A DNA stretch of 64,000 bases from Spirochaetales bacterium (GTDB lineage Bacteria; Spirochaetota; Spirochaetia; Treponematales; UBA12059), in assembly GCA_016928955.1 (NCBI GenBank), contig JAFGJV010000004.1:259736-323735 (forward strand), given 5' to 3'. The translations under genes were made by a program, and so were the position numbers. The notes beneath the pieces are model-generated. The model saw only the letters and a program-made list of their open reading frames with translations. It made no database searches and was not told the DNA's origin. Position 1 is the first letter of the stretch, and each line of letters opens with the position of its first letter. Of the stretch, positions 41,805 to 49,908 are shown piece by piece.

Positions 41805-42896
41805 ATGGCGCTAGAGCTTGAACTTATGACAAGCAGGGCGGACAGCTCGGCAACCTTCCTCCAGTCAGCATACTGGGCGGCGTTCAAGTCAGATTTTGGC
41901 TGGAGAGCGTACCGTTTCAGGCTCGTCCACGCGGTAGGCTCGTGCGAGCTATCCGTACTGGTTCGGAGTTTGGGCATGGGGCAGAGCTTTGCCTACATTC
42001 CGCACGGGCCTGAGCTCCACGTACCGGAAGCCGAACAGACACAGATGCTGGCCGAGTTAGGCCGCGCCCTCAAGCCTCAACTGCCGCGGTCGTGCATGTT
42101 TATCCGGTTTGACCCTCCCTGGTTCCACGCTGAAGAACAGGCGCTCCCGGACAACTGTTCGCCTGTCACCCGTCCTGCGTACGGAACACCCTTGGTCAAA
42201 TCCACCGACGTCCAGCCGCCCGACACGGTGCTGGTCGACCTCCGGCCAGACGACGATGCCATCCTCGGAGCCATGAAAAGCAAATGGCGTTACAACATAC
42301 GCCTGGCAGAGAAAAAAGGCGTACGCGTTGCCGAGGAAGGTCGATCGGCCCTCGGGCTGTTTTACGAGCTGTACGAAACAACGTCGAAGCGTGATGGCAT
42401 AGCCCTGCACGCGCGCTCCTATTATGAGAAACTGTTCGAACGCGCAAATCCGGACGGCGTGCAGGGGATGGCTCACGCTTCAGAAGACCTGCGTCTTTGG
42501 GTGGCGCGCCACGAAGGGCAGGCCCTGGCGGCCATCATTACAGTCTTCCACGGAAAACGGGCCGTATACCTGTACGGCGCATCCAGCGACGAGAAACGCT
42601 CCCTGATGCCAGCGTACGCCCTCCAGTGGGCCGCCATGAAAGCAGCCAAGAGCGCAGGCTGCACAGACTACGATATGTACGGCATACCGCCGTCCGACGT
42701 GCCCGGCCATCCCATGGCCGGCCTGTACCGCTTCAAGACTGGTTTTGGCGGTTCCATCCTGCATTATGCCGGGGCCTGGGATCTTCCATACAAGGTGCTG
42801 CCGTATGCAGCCTTCCGCGTGGCCGAACAAGCGCGGATGCTCTGGCATAAAAAGGTTCGCAAGGCATTCAAACGCGGTGGCGGAGCCGGAAACTGA
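41805..42896 (+). CDS. FemAB-family aminoacyl-tRNA-dependent peptidoglycan interpeptide-bridge transferase
   Basis: FLQSAYWAAFKSDFGW, KSKWRYNIRLAEKKGV, AVYLYGASSDEKRSLMPAYALQWAAMKAAK. GAAAGG lies 5 nt upstream of the ATG at 41805. Confidence 0.8.
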   Translation: MALELELMTSRADSSATFLQSAYWAAFKSDFGWRAYRFRLVHAVGSCELSVLVRSLGMGQSFAYIPHGPELHVPEAEQTQMLAELGRALKPQLPRSCMFIRFDPPWFHAEEQALPDNCSPVTRPAYGTPLVKSTDVQPPDTVLVDLRPDDDAILGAMKSKWRYNIRLAEKKGVRVAEEGRSALGLFYELYETTSKRDGIALHARSYYEKLFERANPDGVQGMAHASEDLRLWVARHEGQALAAIITVFHGKRAVYLYGASSDEKRSLMPAYALQWAAMKAAKSAGCTDYDMYGIPPSDVPGHPMAGLYRFKTGFGGSILHYAGAWDLPYKVLPYAAFRVAEQARMLWHKKVRKAFKRGGGAGN

Positions 42897-42973
42897 AACC
42901 GCATGGCCAGCCGAGAGTGTTTTGCACCATTCAATTTTTCTGAACGTTGCTTCTTTCCATGCTCGTCAAGCTG

Positions 42974-42982
42974 TGGTACTAT
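42974..42982 (+). promoter_or_regulatory. Candidate extended -10 (TGgTACTAT) upstream of the oligopeptidase gene
   Basis: Located 66 nt upstream of the ATG at 43048. Followed by the hairpin acgcccc-ctgc-ggggcgt plus TTTT (43001-43021), then AAAGGAAG. Confidence 0.3.
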
Positions 42983-43047
42983 GCTGTTCCAGCGACTACT
43001 ACGCCCCCTGCGGGGCGTTTTCATCACATACGACAAAAGGAAGCGCC

Positions 43048-45075
43048 ATGAACAACAACCCCCTTCTTGATTTCAGCGACCTGCCCCGATTCTCGGAAAT
43101 CAAACCGGAGCATGTCACGCCGGCCATCGACGAGCTGATCACCAGCGGCCGCTCAGCCATCGACGCCATCACTGCGTCGTCAGCGGAAGCCACCTGGGAC
43201 AGCGTCGTCGAGCCCCTCATGGACGCCACCGAGCGCCTGGAGCGGGCCTGGGGAGCCGTGGGTCACATGTACGCGGTGGTCAACAGCCCCGAGCTGCGCG
43301 CCGCCTACAACGAAAACATACCCAAGGTGTCCGCCTTCATGTCCGACCTGGGACAGAACCTCGGCCTGTATGCCAAGTACAAAGCCCTGGCCGCGCGCGC
43401 CGACTTTGCGTCGTGGCCGGAAGCCAGGCGGACGACCATCAGCAACGCCCTCAGGGATTTCCGCCTGTCCGGCGCCGAACTCCCCGAGGCTGAGAAGAAG
43501 CGCTTTGCCGACATAGACTCGCGCCTGGCGGCCCTGGCAGCCAAGTTCTCTGAGAACGTGCTGGACGCCACCGACGCCTTCAGCATCCTCATCACGGACA
43601 AGACCGAGCTGGACGGCATCCCCGACGACGTGCTCCAACTGTACGCAGAGGCGGCCAAAGCGGACGGTAAGGACGGCTGGAAGATCACCCTGCAGTTCCC
43701 CTCCTTCTTCCCCCTCATGCAGTACTGCTCCAACCGCGCCCTGCGCGAGCGCGTATACGAGGCGAATTCCAAGCGCGCCGCCGAATTCGGACCGAAGGAG
43801 CAGGACAACACCCCCATCATCCGTGAGCGTTTACTGCTCATCAAGGAGAGGGCTGCCCTCCTTGGCTACAAGAATTTTGCCGAGCTGTCCGTCGTGCCCA
43901 AGATGGCCGACACGCCCGAGCAGGTGCTGACTTTCATACGCGACCTTGCGTCCAAGGCCAAGCCCTTTGCGGTCAAGGACAGGAAGGAACTCGAGGAATT
44001 TGCCAAAGCCGAGCTGGGCATGGCCAAACTCGAAGCATGGGACCTGTCCTACGTGTCCGAAAAGCTCAGGGTGGCCCGGTACTCGTTCTCCGACCAGGAG
44101 GTCAAGCAGTACTTCACCGAGCCCAAGGTAACGGCCGGCCTCTTCAACGTGGTCAAGACCTTGTACGGCGTGGACATAGAACCGGCCAACGCCCCGGTAT
44201 GGCATCCCGACGCCAAATACTTTGAGATCAAGCGCGGCGGCAAGGCCTTTGCCGGCTTCTACTTTGACCTGTATGCGCGAGAGGGCAAGCGCTCAGGCGC
44301 CTGGATGGACGTGGCCAGGAGCCGCCGCGTCAAAAACGGAACCGTCCAGCTGCCGGTGGCCTACCTGACCACCAATTTCTCCCGACCGGTGGGCGGCAAG
44401 CCGGCCTTGTTCACCCACGACCAGGTCACCACGCTGTTCCACGAATTCGGCCACGGCCTCCAGCACATGATGACCACCGTTGACGAGCTCCCCGTGGCTG
44501 GCATAGCCGGCGTCGAGTGGGACGCCGTCGAGCTGGCCAGCCAGATCATGGAGAACTTCTGCTGGGAGTGGGACATGGTCAAGGCCATGAGCGGCCACGT
44601 GGATACGGGGGCGCCCCTGCCCAAGGACCTGTTCGACAAAATGCTTGCAGCCAAGAATTTCCAGAGCGGCATGTTGACCGTACGCCAGCTGGAATTCGGC
44701 CTCTTTGACATGCTCCTCCACACCGAGTTCGACGCCGGTGGGGGCGACTGGCTCAAGCTCCTGGACGAGGTTCGCAAGGAAGTTGCCGTCAACTTCCCCC
44801 CCGAGTACAATCGCTTCCCCAATTCCTTCAGCCATATTTTCGGCGGCGGCTACGCGGCCGGGTACTACAGCTACAAGTGGGCAGAGGTTTTGTCTGCCGA
44901 CGCGTACAGCGCCTTTGAGGAAGCCGGCGGAGCCAACCCAGTCACCGGCAAGAAATTCCTGGACGAGTTCCTGTCCAGGGGCGGTTCCAGGCCCGCGGCC
45001 ATGAGCTTCCGCGCCTTCCGCGGGCGCGATCCCAAGATAGACGCTCTGCTCAGGCACAGCGGCCTGGTAGGCTGA
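43048..45075 (+). CDS. prlC: Oligopeptidase A (M3 family)
   Basis: N-terminus MNNNPLLDFSDLPRFSEIKPEHVTPAIDELI resembles OpdA; zinc motif HEFGH. The ORF-track start at 42745 overlaps the previous gene. Confidence 0.9.
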   Translation: MNNNPLLDFSDLPRFSEIKPEHVTPAIDELITSGRSAIDAITASSAEATWDSVVEPLMDATERLERAWGAVGHMYAVVNSPELRAAYNENIPKVSAFMSDLGQNLGLYAKYKALAARADFASWPEARRTTISNALRDFRLSGAELPEAEKKRFADIDSRLAALAAKFSENVLDATDAFSILITDKTELDGIPDDVLQLYAEAAKADGKDGWKITLQFPSFFPLMQYCSNRALRERVYEANSKRAAEFGPKEQDNTPIIRERLLLIKERAALLGYKNFAELSVVPKMADTPEQVLTFIRDLASKAKPFAVKDRKELEEFAKAELGMAKLEAWDLSYVSEKLRVARYSFSDQEVKQYFTEPKVTAGLFNVVKTLYGVDIEPANAPVWHPDAKYFEIKRGGKAFAGFYFDLYAREGKRSGAWMDVARSRRVKNGTVQLPVAYLTTNFSRPVGGKPALFTHDQVTTLFHEFGHGLQHMMTTVDELPVAGIAGVEWDAVELASQIMENFCWEWDMVKAMSGHVDTGAPLPKDLFDKMLAAKNFQSGMLTVRQLEFGLFDMLLHTEFDAGGGDWLKLLDEVRKEVAVNFPPEYNRFPNSFSHIFGGGYAAGYYSYKWAEVLSADAYSAFEEAGGANPVTGKKFLDEFLSRGGSRPAAMSFRAFRGRDPKIDALLRHSGLVG

Positions 45076-45112
45076 GGCTCGGGACTTTCCTTTAGGCTTT
45101 TTTGAAGGTATG

Positions 45113-45152
45113 AAAAAGGCGCGGCCCCTTAAGGGACCGCGCCTTTCCTTTT
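45113..45152. terminator. Bidirectional rho-independent terminator between convergent prlC and the 5S gene
   Basis: A5 - ggcgcggcccc / ggggaccgcgcc-type stem (9 bp plus 1 mismatch, TTAA loop) - TTTCCTTTT. Confidence 0.7.
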
Positions 45153-45165
45153 AGCACCGCTTCTG

Positions 45166-46827
45166 TCAGGCCTCAATATTGAGCGTGAGGTACTCCCAGA
45201 ATTCCTCAGGGAAGGGTTCCGGCACGGGCGGGGGAGGCGGGGGCAGGCTCGCCTGGTAGTCCCGCACTCGCACACCCCGCAGATACCGGTCTGCCACGCT
45301 GGGGAACAACTCCAGAAGGAGTTCGTCTTTCTCGTTCTGCGCAAGGCGAGCCCCGCCAGCTTCCGCGATCTCGGGATTCGGCTGCTTTTTGTACGCGCTG
45401 GTGTCGTACGGCGTCTCGTTCCGGACGCCGGCTATCCTTTCCCTGAAGGCAGGGTCTATGGGAAAGGGCGTCTTCCCGTAGGAACCCTTAACCAGCTCTA
45501 TGAAATTCTTGGACACATTCGTGTAGAAGGGCTTGCCCTGGGCCCGGTCGACCACGCAGTTGACTGCCTGCACGCCAACTATCTGGCTGGTGGGCGTAAC
45601 CAGGGGCGGCACTCCACAGTCCAAGCGTACTTGGGGCACGGCATGCAGCACCTCGTTGAGCAGATGCTCGAGCTTGGCGTCTTTGAGCTGGGCCATCATA
45701 TTGGTGTACATGCCACCGGGTATCTGGGCCTGCCGCACGATCTCGTCAGGCTCGGGGTAGTTGAACAGAGCCTCGATGCGCTGGCACAGCCTGAGAGCTT
45801 CGTCGGCTTTTCCAGCGGAAGCCGCTTCAACGGCCCCGTCCAGGAGGGCAGAAAGTTCCGGCCCCGGTTTGTACGAGACCAGGTCCACGTCCGGCGGGAG
45901 GCGCTTGTACTGGTCAAAAGACGCCAGTTCCTCCCGTATGCCCCTGAGCTCGTGGTTGACGCGGCCCACGGCTGCCCTGTCCACGCCGGTATCGATGCCC
46001 AGCCTGTCCGCCAGGAGCTGGATGATCTCGTATGCCGGCGCCGCGGGGCCACCGGAGAAATTCATGATAACGGTGTCTACAATATCAACCCCATTGACCA
46101 TGGCCATGAGCACGCTGGCCGTACCGAAGCCGGGCGTACAGTGCGTATGCAGGTCCACCGGTATGTCCAATTCGTTCTTCAGGGCCTTGATAAGCCTGGC
46201 GCTGGTAGCCGGATCGATGAGACCGGCCATATCCTTGATGGTGATCATGTCAGCGCCCAGGGCAGCCAGTTGCTTGGCCTTTTTTACAAAATACGCCACG
46301 TCAAAGATCGTGCCCGGTATGCGCCTGCCCTTGAAAAAGGCCTTGAACCTGTCACCCGTGGTAAAGTGAGGATCGACGGTATAGCACACGGCGCAGTCCG
46401 CCATGCCTCCGTTTTCCTTGACATAGTTTATGGTGGATGTCATATTGTCGATATCGTTCAGGGCATCAAACACACGCATGATGTCGATGCCCGACCGGAC
46501 GGCATTGCGACAGAAACCTTCTATTACGCTGTCCGGATAGGGGGTGTATCCAAAGAGATTGCGACCCCGGGACAGGGCAGTCAACTTGGACGAGCCCGCC
46601 ATGCCGTCACGTATGCTTTCAAGCCTGGTCCACGGGTTTTCACCAAGGTAGCGCATGACGGAATCCGGGACCGCGCCCCCCCATACTTCCATGGCGTAAA
46701 ACCCCGCCTGTTTGTACAGGGGCAACACCCGGTCGACCTGGGCTTGGGTCATCCTGGTTGCGAATTGCGACTGCTGTCCGTCCCTCAGTGTGAGATCCCG
46801 TATGCGCACCGTGGCTGGCATGTACAT
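45166..46827 (-). CDS. 5S/OadA/PycB-type carboxyltransferase subunit (HMGL-like TIM barrel) without a biotinyl domain
   Basis: IRDLTLRDGQQS, EVWGGA, DMAGL, HTHCTPG. It ends in a proline-rich linker (PPPPPPVPEP) but has no AMKM biotin motif. AGGAGG lies upstream of the ATG. Confidence 0.85.
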   Translation of the reverse strand: MYMPATVRIRDLTLRDGQQSQFATRMTQAQVDRVLPLYKQAGFYAMEVWGGAVPDSVMRYLGENPWTRLESIRDGMAGSSKLTALSRGRNLFGYTPYPDSVIEGFCRNAVRSGIDIMRVFDALNDIDNMTSTINYVKENGGMADCAVCYTVDPHFTTGDRFKAFFKGRRIPGTIFDVAYFVKKAKQLAALGADMITIKDMAGLIDPATSARLIKALKNELDIPVDLHTHCTPGFGTASVLMAMVNGVDIVDTVIMNFSGGPAAPAYEIIQLLADRLGIDTGVDRAAVGRVNHELRGIREELASFDQYKRLPPDVDLVSYKPGPELSALLDGAVEAASAGKADEALRLCQRIEALFNYPEPDEIVRQAQIPGGMYTNMMAQLKDAKLEHLLNEVLHAVPQVRLDCGVPPLVTPTSQIVGVQAVNCVVDRAQGKPFYTNVSKNFIELVKGSYGKTPFPIDPAFRERIAGVRNETPYDTSAYKKQPNPEIAEAGGARLAQNEKDELLLELFPSVADRYLRGVRVRDYQASLPPPPPPVPEPFPEEFWEYLTLNIEA

Positions 46828-46860
46828 CCTCCTGGGCGGCTTTATGAGGCCGCGTCTTTC

Positions 46861-46866
46861 ATTATA
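46861..46866 (-). promoter_or_regulatory. Perfect TATAAT (-10) for the 5S carboxyltransferase gene
   Basis: Minus strand ...gtacTATAATgaaag..., 33 nt upstream of the ATG. The -35 is weak. Confidence 0.35.
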
Positions 46867-46936
46867 GTACTATGGCAAGGGCTTGTTGTGGAATCACCGA
46901 AACCATACCAAGTTGTTTTGATTAGTAAAATCTATA

Positions 46937-46962
46937 TTTCATTATTTTCATTCTTATTTCAT
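46937..46962 (+). repeat. Three TTTCAT direct repeats, 9 and 11 nt apart, inside an AT-rich island
   Basis: Repeats at 46937, 46946 and 46957. They lie between the divergent promoters of the 5S gene and the kor-mcm-mmd cluster. Confidence 0.4.
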
Positions 46963-46981
46963 ATTTTACGCAGATAGCGCT

Positions 46982-47010
46982 TTGACACTTTTTGTAGAGT
47001 ACGATATGCT
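46982..47010 (+). promoter_or_regulatory. Candidate promoter of the kor-mcm-mmd cluster
   Basis: TTGACA-N17-TATGCT, giving a leader of about 90 nt before the ATG at 47108. The ORF-track start at 46982 is the TTG of the -35 box. Confidence 0.5.
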
Positions 47011-47107
47011 AACGCCAAGTTCCGCATTGGGCGATTCGATGCCTGTTGTGCACGGCACACTGGGCCCTCGATGCGACCCGAGCGGGCAAAACCGTGAGTG
47101 TAGGACC

Positions 47108-47380
47108 ATGAGCGAACAGAAGAAAGCCTTTGAGCACGTCATCCGGGAACGGTGGTGCAAGGGATGCAATATCTGCGTCGCCTTCTGCCCCAAGCAGGTA
47201 CTCGTTCTCCGCAACGGCAAGGTTCACGCGGCCCATCCCGATCAGTGCATCGGCTGCCGTATGTGTGAGCTGCGCTGCCCCGATTTCGCCATCGAGATCC
47301 GGGAAAAGGGTTCCGCGGAGTCCCTGGGACGGGACGCTTCGGAAGTGGACTACGCCATCAAGCCGGAGGCCCACCAATGA
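47108..47380 (+). CDS. korD: 2-oxoacid:ferredoxin oxidoreductase delta subunit (2x[4Fe-4S] ferredoxin)
   Basis: CKGCNICVAFCP and CIGCRMCELRCP. ATGA overlap with the alpha subunit gene. Confidence 0.8.
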   Translation: MSEQKKAFEHVIRERWCKGCNICVAFCPKQVLVLRNGKVHAAHPDQCIGCRMCELRCPDFAIEIREKGSAESLGRDASEVDYAIKPEAHQ

Positions 47381-48510
47381 CCCAGGCCAAGCTCATGCAG
47401 GGCAACGAGGCGTGCACGCTCGGCGCTCTGGCCGCCGGACTGGATTTCTACGCCGGTTACCCCATCACTCCATCAACCGAAATTGCCGAGCTGTGCGCCG
47501 AGGAGCTGCCAAAAGTAGGCGGAAAATTCATCCAAATGGAGGATGAGATCGGCTCCATAGCGGCCATCATCGGCGCTTCCCTGACAGGGCGCAAGGCCAT
47601 GACCGCCACCAGCGGACCTGGCTTTTCCCTCATGCAGGAGAATATCGGCTATGCCGGCATTGCCGAAGTGCCCGTGGTCATCATAGACGTCCAGCGCGTG
47701 GGCCCGTCCACCGGCCAGCCCACCTCCCCGGCCCAGGGCGACGTGATGCAGGCCCGCTGGGGCACGCACGGCGACCATCCCGTGGTAGTGCTGGCGCCAG
47801 GAAACGTAAAGGAATGCTTTGAGCTGACCGTCAAAGCCTTCAATATAGCTGAAGAATACCGCCTTCCCGTGGTGGTGCTCACCGACGAGGTGATCGGGCA
47901 CATGCGCGAGAAGGTTGTTCTGCCCGAGCTGTCCGAGCTCAAGGTTTCCAACCGCGTTCAGCCGCAAGCTCCCGGCGGCTACAAACCCTATGAGGCCGAT
48001 CTGGACGGCGGCGTGCCTCCCATGGCGCGTTTTGGCCAGGGCTACCGCTACCACGTAACGGGTTTGTTCCACGACGAGACGGGGTTCCCGTCCAACAAGG
48101 GCGATGTTACCGACCGCTTCCTCAGGCGGCTACAGCGCAAGGTGGAGAAGGCAGAACCGGCCATACGCGACTACTTTACCGAGTCCACGGACGACTGCGA
48201 CACACTGGTCGTCGCCTTTGGCTCGTCGGCCATGTCCTCCCTGTCTGCCGTGCGCCAGGCCAGGGCCGCAGGCATCAAGGCCGGCCTCTTTAGGCCCAAA
48301 ACCATATGGCCCTTCCCGGAAGAAGCGCTCCGAGAACTCGCCATGAGGGTCAAACGCATCATCGTGCCCGAGATGAACCTTGGCCAGCTCGCGCTGGAAA
48401 TCGAGCGGGTTTCCGGCTGCAAGGCTCCGGTCACCAGGGTGTCCAAGGTCAACGGAGAGCTCTTCAAGCCTGAGGAAATCCTGGCCGCCATCAGGGGAGA
48501 CGCCAAATGA
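47377..48510 (+). CDS. korA: 2-oxoglutarate/2-oxoacid:ferredoxin oxidoreductase alpha subunit
   Basis: MQGNEACTLGALAAGLDFYAGYPITPSTEI is the typical N-terminus. 377 aa. Confidence 0.9.
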   Translation: MTQAKLMQGNEACTLGALAAGLDFYAGYPITPSTEIAELCAEELPKVGGKFIQMEDEIGSIAAIIGASLTGRKAMTATSGPGFSLMQENIGYAGIAEVPVVIIDVQRVGPSTGQPTSPAQGDVMQARWGTHGDHPVVVLAPGNVKECFELTVKAFNIAEEYRLPVVVLTDEVIGHMREKVVLPELSELKVSNRVQPQAPGGYKPYEADLDGGVPPMARFGQGYRYHVTGLFHDETGFPSNKGDVTDRFLRRLQRKVEKAEPAIRDYFTESTDDCDTLVVAFGSSAMSSLSAVRQARAAGIKAGLFRPKTIWPFPEEALRELAMRVKRIIVPEMNLGQLALEIERVSGCKAPVTRVSKVNGELFKPEEILAAIRGDAK

Positions 48511-49367
48511 GCGACACGATGAAATATTTCAGGGAAAACCGCCTGCCGCATATCTGGTGTCCCGGCTGCGGCCACGGCACGGTGACCGGAGCCCTTGTGC
48601 GGGCCATAGCCAAGCTCAAGCTGGACAAGAACAAGGTCGTGGTGGTATCGGGCATAGGATGTTCCAGCCGGGCACCGGGCTACCTGGACTTTGACACCCT
48701 GCACACCACCCATGGCCGCGCACTGGCCTTTGCCACAGGCATTAAGCTGTCCAGGCCGGACCTCAAGGTCATTGTCATGACCGGCGACGGCGACGCCACG
48801 GCCATAGGCGGCAATCACTTCATACACGCGGCCAGGCGCAACATAGACATCACCACCATCGTGATGAACAACAACATATACGGTATGACCAGCGGCCAGT
48901 ACTCGCCCATGACGCCTAAGGGCATGCTCGGCACCACAGCGCCCTACGGCAACGTGGAACGCAGTTTCGACCTGGGTAAGCTGGCCATAGCGGCGGGAGC
49001 CACCTACGTGGGCCGCGCCACCAGCTACCACGTCACGGTCCTCCAGGACCTGATCGAGAAGGCCCTGCTCAACAAGGGCTTTTCCGTGGTCGAGGCCCTG
49101 ACCCAGTGCCCCACCTACATGGGCCGCAAAAACAAGCTCGGCGGCCCCGTCGAGATGCTCGAATGGTTCAAAGCCCGCGCGGTCAACATTAAGGCCGCCG
49201 CTGTCATGACGCCGGACAAGCTGGAAGGCAAATTCCTCATAGGGGAGCTGTACAACCAGCCCGAACCGGAGTACACGGCCGAATACTCGGCCATGGCCGA
49301 CCAGGTGCGGCGCAGATTTGACGCTTTCCAGGGAGGGGTACGCGGATGCGAACAGAATTCCGACTAA
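48507..49367 (+). CDS. korB: 2-oxoglutarate/2-oxoacid:ferredoxin oxidoreductase beta (TPP-binding) subunit
   Basis: WCPGCGHG, GIGCSSR, GDGD..IGGNH. Confidence 0.9.
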   Translation: MSDTMKYFRENRLPHIWCPGCGHGTVTGALVRAIAKLKLDKNKVVVVSGIGCSSRAPGYLDFDTLHTTHGRALAFATGIKLSRPDLKVIVMTGDGDATAIGGNHFIHAARRNIDITTIVMNNNIYGMTSGQYSPMTPKGMLGTTAPYGNVERSFDLGKLAIAAGATYVGRATSYHVTVLQDLIEKALLNKGFSVVEALTQCPTYMGRKNKLGGPVEMLEWFKARAVNIKAAAVMTPDKLEGKFLIGELYNQPEPEYTAEYSAMADQVRRRFDAFQGGVRGCEQNSD

Positions 49368-49876
49368 GCGGCTCTGGCGGACAGGGACTGCTCCTGGCCG
49401 GCATCGTACTGGCCGAGGCTGCCATCCTGGAAGACAAAAACGCCGTCCAGACCCAGAGCTACGGCCCCGAGGCCCGGGGCGGCGCGTCCAAGGCCGAGGT
49501 GGTCATATCCGGCGAGGATATCGACTATCCCAAGGCCACCGACCCCGACTACCTCCTGGCCCTGACCCAGGAATCGTACAGGTCGTTTGGCCCCCTCATG
49601 GGCAAGGGCACTATCATCGTCGACTCGTCCGTAGCCTTGAGCGACGATATCAAGGCTCGCACCGTGTCCGTGCCCATCCTCCAGGCAGCGGCCGATGACA
49701 TCGGCAAGAAGGTGGTGGCCAACATAGTCGCCCTGGGAGTGCTCGCCGGTGTGTCAGGCATCGTCGGCCACAAAACCCTTGAGGAAGCCGTGAAGAAACG
49801 CGTGCCCAAGGGCACGGAAGACCTCAACCTGAAAGCCCTGGCCAAGGGCTTTGAGCTGGCCTCCGCGGCCACGTGA
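49346..49876 (+). CDS. korC: 2-oxoglutarate/2-oxoacid:ferredoxin oxidoreductase gamma subunit
   Basis: FRLSGSGGQGLLLAG...QTQSYGPEARGG. Confidence 0.85.
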   Translation: MRTEFRLSGSGGQGLLLAGIVLAEAAILEDKNAVQTQSYGPEARGGASKAEVVISGEDIDYPKATDPDYLLALTQESYRSFGPLMGKGTIIVDSSVALSDDIKARTVSVPILQAAADDIGKKVVANIVALGVLAGVSGIVGHKTLEEAVKKRVPKGTEDLNLKALAKGFELASAAT

Positions 49877-49908
49877 GCCGCCCATACCCTGTACCATAGG
49901 AGAACGAC

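Noticed and set aside
47011-47107. Possible cobalamin (or other) riboswitch in the ~90-nt leader of the kor-mcm cluster, given the B12-dependent mutase downstream
   Set aside because: I could not find a B12-box-like element or the multi-helix junction expected. Only small 4-bp hairpins and a short tcgatgc direct repeat are present. This is unsupported without a covariance-model search, which would be the decisive test.
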